Shown here in pieces: positions 54,801 through 64,000 of a DNA stretch of 64,000 bases. Positions within the stretch are counted from its first letter, which is position 1, and every line of letters begins with the position of its first letter. The notes beneath the pieces are model-generated. The model did not search any database. It worked only from the letters and a program-made list of their open reading frames with translations, and was not told the origin of the DNA. The stretch is taken from contig CM052816.1 of assembly GCA_028534125.1 (NCBI GenBank), positions 40,736,001-40,800,000 on the forward strand, given 5' to 3'. This DNA is from Lama glama (lineage: Eukaryota). The translations under genes and the position numbers were made by a program.

Positions 54801-55594
54801 TAAGAGCTATTAATAGGTATTGCAGGACAAAATGACATTACATTATATTTTATATATGCATTTTATATTATATACATTTCAAAGATGTATAAATTTAGTT
54901 GGAAGTTTTTTAAAAGTACGAAGCATTTTTTCCTTGAAAAGCTAAATACAAGGCTCTGTCCTTCTTGCAAACAGCTGATTTGGCATGGAATGGATACCTG
55001 GCCCAAAGTCATCAAACTGTAGGTGAGTCAGCAGTTTAGCAATGATCCTGGTATATACCCTCTGCTAAGCAAACTTATCAGTCCTTCTGTCTTGACAAGT
55101 TTTTTATGCAGAGATAGAGTACAGGTAGTGGCAAGACCAGAAGCTGAACAGCATAGAGGACACAGGTGAAGTCATTACCTTGCAGTTGAATCACAAATAA
55201 TGTATGGCTGTTGTACCCTAAATGATCATATAGTTTCTGAACAGAATTACAGTCTCTGTGAGATCTGACTGAGCTGAAGCTGCAATTGTACTGTTTAGTA
55301 AATCCTCATGCATTCTTTTAATACCATATCATTAGTGTATCTGCAAATATTGTTCTGACAGAACTTTCATAACACATATGCTCCTCCATTCTCCTGGAAA
55401 ATCATTTGATGAGATACATGTTAAAAGGTTTTGGTAGCAAAATCTGAAGGTCACACAGTTAGTAAGTAGGAAATGTGGGATTAGAATTAAACCATAGCTG
55501 ACACTAGAGTTAATATTCGAGGATGAACAGACATTTAGCCAAGTGTTTTATATAACACTTATTCACATGTGGCTCCAGTTTGCAGTTGTAATGA

Positions 55595-56720
55595 AAGTCA
55601 AAACTGAATACAAGAGAATAAGGGAAGCCACAGGCTTGGATAAAATATTGGCAAAAGATATTTCACAAAGGACTATTATCTAAAATATGCAAAAACCCCA
55701 CTTAAAACTAAATAATACAAAAATGAACAATAAAAATGAGCAAAAGATCTGGACAGACATTTCTCCACAGAAGATACACAGATGACGAATAAGCAAATGA
55801 AGACAAACTCAACAGCACATGCAATTAGGGAATTATAAATGAAAACAATCATGAGGTAACACTGCACACCTGGCAAACATTTACAACACTCAGTGTAGAC
55901 TAGGATGGGGAACAACAGGAATGCTCATTCATTGCTGGTAGGAATACATAATTGTACAGCCACTTTGGAAGATAGGTGAGCAGTCTCTTACAAAACAAAA
56001 CATACTCTTACTGTATCATCCAGCAGTCGTGCTCCTTGGGATTTGCCAAAATGAGTTGAAAACTTACGTCTACACAAGAACCTGGCAACAGATGTTTATA
56101 GCAGCTTTATTCATAACTGCTCAAACTTAGAAGCAATCAAGATGTTCTTCAGTAGGCGAATGAATAAACAAATTGTGATCTGTCTAGACAATGGACTATT
56201 ATTTAGCACTAAAAAGGAATGATCTACCAATCCATGAGAAGACATGGAGGAAACTTAAATGCATAGTACTAAATGAAAGAAGCCAATTTGAAAAGGCTAC
56301 ACGTATAATTTCACCTATCTGACATCTAGAAAAGGCAAAACAATGAAGATAGTAAAGGAATCAGTGGTTGCCACAGGTTGTGGGGCAAGATGGACTCATG
56401 GGGGATCACAGAGGATTTTTAGAGCCGTGAGACTAGTGTGCATGACACTATAGTGGTGGATACATGTCCTTATACACTTGTCACGTCCATAGATGTACGA
56501 GACCAAGAGTGAACTCTAATATAAACAATGGACTTTGGGTGATTGTGATGTCCAGGGTAGGTTTATTGATTGCAACCACGTGCCACTCCGGTGAGGGATG
56601 TTCATAACAGAGGAGACTGTGTACATATAGGAGCAGGTGGTCTGAGGGAGCTATCTATGCTTTCTGCCCAATTTTGCTATGAAACTCAAACTCCTCTAAA
56701 AAATTAGCCTATTAAAAATT
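55595..56720 (+). mobile_element. L1MC1/2-like 3' end
   Basis: ORF2 end, then gccaatttgaaaaggctac...ccaagagtgaactctaatataaac...aattttgctatgaa. Confidence 0.85.
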
Positions 56721-57574
56721 AATACTAGAACTCAGAGAAAACAGAGGGTTAGCTATAGCCAAAGAATTATACCTCACAAGAAAAAATTTTGTTTGTTTAA
56801 TTTGAGGGTTGAAGGGAAAGCCAGTTTGAAGTGCACAAAGGTTTATTGGTTTACTTGCATGTTACCTTTTTGTCTTTTCATTTTAATGGCTTGGAAGTGC
56901 TCTTTGGGGATTGTATTAGGCATGTTATGAGGATGTTTGCTCCTGACAGGTTAATGAATTCCGAGAACACTTTAATTCTTGATTTCTCAGTGTGAAATTC
57001 TCCATCTTGTTCTATTAATCTAAAATCAAATTACAAACCCATGTAAGAATGGCCAGCAGTATACATTTGTAAGGATATGTTTTACCCGTACCAAAAGGAA
57101 GCCAAGCCAGACATTTTTATTTTATTTTATTTTCTCTCTTTTGGAAAATAGGCTTTATAGTCTGATCTTTAAGGGCTGAGTTTAGGGAGGGGTTTCAGGT
57201 TCAACTATGCAAATTTCATGTGTGCTCATCTAAGTGAACACTGTAGACTGGATGCTCCAGAGGGAGCCATGGCTTACACATTGGTTCCCTATGTGCTCCA
57301 AAAATTTAGTGACTGGAAAAATGTCTTCCTTTGTTGTGAGTTTAACTATGCATTTAAAAGTATTTTATTATCTGCCATTTTTGTATATATATTAATGGGA
57401 AGTTTTTGTGTAATATTCTTCTCATTATGGTTTCTTCCTTTTAAACGTTTGTTCAAGTAACAAGCTTATAATATTGCCAGGAAATGGAGATGGTGCGAAT
57501 TAGTGTGCATGAACTGATTTTGAACCTAAGAGGACAGCATTCAATTTTTTGTGATTAAGTATCTATTACTTAGA

Positions 57575-59599
57575 AGTGTCAACAACATGGTGGAATAGCA
57601 CTCAACCCCCTACAGAAACACAAATTCAAGAATGACACAGGGATCCAAATACCTTTATGACACGACCAGACTTCAGTTAAGAAGTTGCAGTACGCCAGAC
57701 AGGCATTAAAACAAGAACCACTGCACTGAAATGGGAAAGGAGAGCAATTTCATTTTCCTGACATCAGGAAAATGTCCTCAATCCACGCATCTCAATACTG
57801 GGCGAGATCACCTTGGCCTGAACGACCTGTGTCTCCTTTGCCTCACTGGAAACACTAAGGAAATCAGTACAGTTTGAATATCTGTGGGCAGCTAAGAACA
57901 AGGGAAAGGGACAGTGTCTTACTACAGCTGGCACAGCTCTCAAAGGCTGGGGCTAGGCACACCACCCTGAGACTTCTTCCCCTGGAGGAAGGGAGAGAGC
58001 TCAACTGTGCCTCCAGTGACATGCATATGCATAAGATGATTACTACCCAAAGCAATCTACTGGTTCAGTGCAATTCTAATCAAAATTGCATGGCATTTTT
58101 CACAGAAACAGAAAAACAACCTTAAAATTTATATGGAATCACAGAAGACCCCTGAATAGCCAAAGCAATCTTGAGAAAAAAAGAACAAAGCTGGAGGCAT
58201 CATGCTTCCTGATTTCAAGCTATATTATAAAGCAATTATAATTAAAACATTATGGGATTGGCACAAAAGCAGACACATAGATCAATAGAATAGAACAGAG
58301 AAACTAGAAATAGTATACTCAATTAATTTACTACAAAGGAGCCAAGAAGATACAATAGGGAAAGGACAGTCTCTTGAATAAATGGCCTTGGGAAAACAGA
58401 AGAGCCACATGCAAAAGGATAAAACTAGACCACTCTCATGGACCATACACAGAAATCAACTCAAAGTAGATTAAAGACTTGAACATAAAACCTGAAACCA
58501 TAAAACTCCTAGAGGAAAACATAGCCTGTAAGCTCCTTGACATCAGTCTTGGCAATAACTTTTTGAGTTTAACACCAAAAGCAAAAGCAACAAAAGCAAA
58601 AATAAAATAAGTGAAACTGCATCAGACTGAAAAGCTTCTGCACAGCAAAGGAAACCATCAACAGAATGAAAAGGTAACCTACCGAATAGGAGAGAATATT
58701 TGCAAATCATATTTCTGATAAGGGTTAATATGCAAAATATACAAAGAACCCAGATAACTTAATATCCAAAAATAACCAATCCAATTAAAAAATGGGCAGA
58801 GAAACTGAATAGACATTTTTCCAAATAAGATATACAAATGGCAAAGAGGTCCATAAAAAGGTGCTCAACATCACTAGTCATCAGAGAAATGCAAATGAAA
58901 ACCACAGTGAGATATCACCTCATACCTGTTAGGATGGCTGTCATAAAAAGGAAAGTAACGTGCGTTGACAAGCATGTAGAGAAAAGGAAACCCTTGTGCA
59001 CTGTTTGTGGGAATGTAAATGGTGCACTGCTATGGAAAATGGTATTAATCAAACATTTTAAATAGAACTACCATATGTTCCAGCAATCTCAGTTCTGGTT
59101 ATGTACACAAAAGAAGTAAATCAGGATCTCAAAGTGATTCATATACTCTCATGCTCATTGTAGCATTATTCACAAACCCCAAGATATGGGAAACAACTTA
59201 AAGGTCTATCAACAGATGTATGGATAAAGTAAACTTGGTATATACATACTAATATTATTCTTAATTGGCCTCAAAAAAGAAGGAAATCCTGCCATATGCA
59301 ACAGCATGTATTAACCTGGAGGACATTATGCTATGTGAAATTAGCCAGTCACAGTTATGTGAGGTACAGAAAGTAGTCAGACTCATAGAAATGGAGAGTA
59401 GAATGGAGGTGACCAGGGGCTGGGGGAGGGGACTTGGGGAGTTGCTGTTCAATGGATAAAGTTTCATTTATGCAAGATAAGTAGGTTCTAGAGATGGGCT
59501 GTACAACATGTGGCTAGGGTTAACTGTATTACACACTTAAAATTATCAAGAAGGTAGATCTCATTTTTTTTTTTTTGGTAGTAACACTTAACATAAGAT
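57575..59599 (+). mobile_element. L1MA-like element: 5' UTR (57575-~58020) joined to late ORF2 and 3' UTR
   Basis: gtcaacaacatggtggaat start; ctacccaaagcaatctac near 58043; ORF 58838 [19 protein letters not shown]; terminal segment inverted. Confidence 0.85.
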
Positions 59600-61282
59600 A
59601 AATGTTAAAAAATAACGAAATAGTTAAAACATAGGAAAGAACATAAACTGCATAGAAACTATCTGTTCTATCCATTTTAGAAATTTGATTTTTGGTTTTT
59701 TTAATTAAAAATACTCAGATTTTTCAGGTTTTCAAAGCCAATAGAAATCTCAGAAATTAGATGTAAGACATTATTAAAGAACAATTCAGTCACTGTTGAT
59801 GGAAAAACCATACTACAGAATATGTCATTTGGTATAATTTTATTAGACAGTCTCTGTAGCTTCATATAACTTGTACTGTGTCTGAAGCTACCAGAATTAA
59901 TCCATTTTATGATGACATTGGATACTATAATTCAATTTATTTGGATGCATAATTTTTACATTTTTCAATGTTAATGTAATCTTATGTTCATCTTAAACAT
60001 CTAAGAAAGTAAGGTAGCCTAAGGCCAGTAAACCTATAGAGAGTTAGGAAGTTTTGATTAATTATGTTTTCTACAAGACACTAAAGCAAGTATTGTACAA
60101 ACCGATTACACCTACGTTTTTATACTACGATAAAACCAGGGCAAAATTATTTTATCAAAATAGTCTAAATAATTAACTTTACTTAAAATACATAAAATTT
60201 CTCCATTTTTATATTTGTAAACAATATTGTTTACTTAAAATATGAAAAAGCTTCATTTCTTTTAATTTTATAAGCAAAGATAAACCCCCTTTTTAGAACT
60301 GCTGTCTAAGCAGCAAATTTCCTCCTAAAAAAACATTACTCAAAAAATATGTAAGTATTCAAAAGTGTCTATAAACCAATTAACATTGGAGCATCTGACA
60401 AATTTGACTTTATAATCTGATGTGTTAATTTACTCTCATTTTCTGTTGGATCTTACTCTTTTGACTAGATATTCCTAGAAATACACATAATGATAAATTT
60501 TATACGCGATGAAAAGGCTAACCATTGCCAAGTTAGAATGGTTTCCAGTGAGGCAGGAGGGCGTAACTTGAAAGTGTGGCAGTACCATGCTTCATGTGGA
60601 ATGGACACAGAAAGGTTTTCTTTTGTAGCTGAAAAACATAATTAAGTAAATCCTGAAAAAGACAGCAATAGCGTCTATCCTCCCAAAACATCAGAAGACA
60701 ACTAATCAAAAGGAAGTTGACAGGGAAAAACAGAACATTTTTTAGAGAGTTAAAACAAAATCTCCCAGGAGACTGCGGTTTCCTGTAGGAGACTCTGATG
60801 GTTTGGGACCACCAGAACACCAACCCGAGCAGAAAAGACCAGCTCTGGTCATTCCTGTTGGCAAGTGCACAGGACGTGTGAGGGAGGCTCCTGAAGGAAA
60901 TCTCAGTGAAACCTTCAGATTGTTAAAAAGCTCAAAACGGAAAACAAAACACATAACAAAACATACACACAAAGCTGAGTCTATTAAATTCCAAGCAAAG
61001 GAAACCCATGACAGGGAGAAAAGGGAACGAATAGTTTGCTGAGAGGTATAATTAGAAAATTTTAAGTGCATGAAAGGGAGTTTATCTTAGGTATGCTAAT
61101 TAGAATTTTAGAATTAAAATGGATCTTAAAAATAGGCCAGTGCTCAGTCTATTAAAATAAGTCCCATTGCTCATTGTTTAAGAAATAGTCTAAGTTCAGT
61201 AAGGGTCTAGGGAGGGTCCTTTATTTCCTTCATCTGTTAGAGTCAATTGTAAAAAATAAACAAATAAATAAAACTACTACCG

Positions 61283-61670
61283 GTTTTTTTTTAATTGAAG
61301 TATAGTAGATTTACAATATTGTGTTAATTTCTGTTGTACAGCATAGTGATTCAGTTATACATATACGTATCTATTCCTTTTCATATTCTTTTTTGTTAAA
61401 AGCTATTACAAGTTGTTGAAATATAGTTCCCTGTGCTATACAGTAGAACCTTGTTGTTTATCTATTTTATATATAGTAGTTAGTATCTGCAAATTCTGAA
61501 GTCCCAATTTATCCCTCCCTACCCCTTTCCCCTCTGGTAACTGTAAGTTTGCTTTCTGTCTGTGAGTCTGTCTCTGTTCTGTAAATAAGTTCATTTCTGT
61601 CCTCTTCGTTCTGTTTTTAGATTCCCCATATAAGTGATATCATATAGTATTTTTCTTTCTCTTACTTTCA
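61283..61670 (-). mobile_element. L1 3' UTR (cetartiodactyl type)
   Basis: Poly-T, then aattgaagtatagtagatttacaatattgtg...atatagttccctgtgctatacagtag. Confidence 0.9.
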
Positions 61671-61788
61671 GTTTTGATATCTCCTAGGAAAGTGCCATGT
61701 AAAGTATAAAATGTTCTTCTATAACATAGAAAAATCTAAAAATAGTGAAATACATTGCTTCAGTAAATGACATTCTTTCAACTTGAAT

Positions 61789-61960
61789 GTTTTTTTTTTT
61801 TAATTGAGGTATAGTGAGTTCACAATGTTGTGTCAATTTCTGGTGTACAGCATAATGTCATACATATTCCTTTTCATCTTTTTCATTTTCGGTTACTACA
61901 AGATACTGAATATAGTTCCTTGTGCTATACAGTAGAACCCTGTTTATCTGTTTTATATAC
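61789..61960 (-). mobile_element. Short L1 3' terminal insertion
   Basis: Poly-T, then aattgaggtatagt...aatatagttccttgtgctatacagtagaacc. Confidence 0.85.
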
Positions 61961-63605
61961 AGAGGTTAGTATTAATGTTTATGGAGTGTTTCAATTAGTC
62001 TTGCCCAGAAAAGTGGAAGAGTTACTAGGTATTTTACTGTAGAAAGGAGACAGGAGACCATGTAGTCAGATTTCAAGTTTACAGTACCTTAGACATCACC
62101 TAGTCCAAGAGCTTCATTTTATATATAAACCCTCTGTGGTGCAAGAAACACGTCCCTTGCACAACATTAAAATGCTTCTTAATAGGAGAAGCACGACTGG
62201 TGTCCATGTGGAAAACACCAGGTGACTGCTTTCCCACAGCACTAACTGACAGCTTGTAGTTTTCTAAGATATTCAAATGTTTAAATGTAACAGAAAGACT
62301 ACTGAGTTTTCAAAACAAACGTTTATTCTAAAGGTTTATTAGTTTAATCAACTGTCGTGAGTCTATCCATAAAATAAGAGGAAAAATCCAATTTTCCATT
62401 AAAAATAGTATTATTTGTGCATCTGCATTTCTTCCTTTTATATCCTAAGTAAAATTAGGATTGCAAAACTTTTTAGGGCTTATTATCTAACAGCAGTCAC
62501 TATTTTGGTCATAATTAACATTTCTGATTATTTTTCTTGTCTGGCAGTAAAATCATTTCAAAGACTGTGTTTTAGCCCTTTAGTGATAGAGCTGCAGCAG
62601 CCCAGCCACTGTTATAAATTCAGTCTGACCTTTTCTGGAACTGTTTGAGTAGATAAATAGGAAAATGTAACTGTACCCTGGCAAACATCGCCACTGTTAG
62701 GCTTTCCACTGAGATAATGAAAGACTAAGTTTGTGGGAGTGTTGATTTCATCCAATATTCAAACTGAGTTACTGCAAACCTCCATTAAAAATTCAAACTA
62801 TAATGTCAACATTATAGAAGGACACACTCTCTCTGTACACAGGGCTCCCTTGGTGGCTTTTGCAAATTAAAATGCTAAAAATGAAAACATGGATGCTCAG
62901 AAATAGACTCATTAAAAGAGAACAGAGAGTAGAATGTGTTGCTAACCTTTTCAAGCTTTAGGTTTATTTTAGGTGACAACATAATTATCTAATGTTCTTA
63001 GTTAAACCTGTAGAATCAGGGAAAACCCAAGAAACATCTGTACTACAAAAATTTTACTTTAAAGAAACCCCAAACCTGAGGTAACATGCAAACTTATGAT
63101 AAAACAATTTTCTTAGCATTGGGATGTCTCAGAATAAATGTCAGGATAGGAATTAATCCACCATTGAGCACCTTGAATATTGATGCATAAATTTTTCCTC
63201 CAGTGATTCTTTTAAGACAGTATTTTCTAGGTTTGTTTGTGGATGATCACCCAATTTGAAAAGACCTTGCTCTTTAAAAACAACAATAATCCTGAGTACT
63301 GTCCCTCACTGTTTCCCTCAGGGTTTAATGATTATGAGACAGTAGAACTTGTCATTTTGTGTGTCAGTTGAATTTAAGTTAAATTGACAACCATATTGAA
63401 TTCAAAACAGGAAGTCTCTACATAGGTTAAGGGGTATTTAGTTTGCCATTAAACGTTTGCAAGATTATGCAATTAATTTCTAATGAAATATATGAGAATG
63501 TTTTCATTTTAAATGGTCTGCAAAATAATTCTACTTACATCTCTATATACATTTAAGTTCCTAAAAAAAAAAAATGGCCTACTTGTTTCTTGAACTTCCT
63601 TTAAA

Positions 63606-63830
63606 ATTTTTTTCTTGTGATGAGAATTTTAAGATCTACAATCTTAGCAACTTTAAAATATTCACTGCAGTGTTACTAGCTATAGTCACCATAGTGTATG
63701 TTCCACCCTGAAACTTGTTTATTTTATAACTGGAAGTTTGTAACTTTTGACCCCCTGCACCCATTCTGACTGTCCTATCCTGCCCTCCCTGCCCCTGGCA
63801 AACAATAATTTAATTTGTTCTCTATATCTA
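63606..63830 (-). mobile_element. L1MA-like 3' UTR fragment
   Basis: cttgtgatgagaattttaagatctac...ataactggaagtttgt...cctgcccctggcaa. Confidence 0.8.
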
Positions 63831-64000
63831 ATGCTGCTGTGAACAAAAGGAAGAACAGATTTAGGCAAAAAGTAGAAAGTTAATTTTTGATATGCAGAAT
63901 TTGAAGTGTTAGAAGCTTTTAAAATACAGATGACTTTGCTCCCATCTCATTAGGGTACTTAGAACATCGGTGAATCCTATATGTATCTATTAAGCAATAG

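Noticed and set aside
61283..61960. Local duplication of an L1 end
   Set aside because: The two copies differ substantially and each has its own poly-T, so independent insertions are more likely
1..64000. CRISPR array, operon, defence system, tRNA, rRNA or snoRNA
   Set aside because: No regularly spaced repeats, no gene-dense ORFs and no recognisable structured RNA genes; the window is mammalian repeat-rich non-coding DNA

Overview
This window is AT-rich, CpG-depleted mammalian genomic DNA, not prokaryotic. I found no supportable protein-coding gene, rRNA, tRNA or CRISPR array. Most ORFs in the track are L1 ORF2, L2 or ERVL remnants, or random frames. A large part of the window is interspersed repeat: many L1 fragments of different ages, L2, MIR, hAT MITEs (MER58-, MER53- and MER103-like), three ERV1-type solo LTRs with 4-bp TSDs, and ERVL/MaLR relics. 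The young L1 3' UTRs and MER41-like LTRs look cetartiodactyl. I saw no BovB, Bov-tA/A2, PRE1, Alu or SINEC elements, which suggests a camelid (inference). Repeats lie mostly on the minus strand, as expected inside an intron of a plus-strand transcript. A few unique islands carry plus-strand splice signals and TF palindromes (RFX X-box at 25865, CRE at 36745). I did not find a new biological system. The most notable observations are retrotransposition and repair oddities: a tailless L1 with a TSD, L1 inversion structures, a micro-inverted L1 poly(A) end and a CpG-rich palindromic footprint. Candidate non-coding exons are also worth checking. Repeat family names come from recognition of consensus motifs, not a database search, and most boundaries are approximate.
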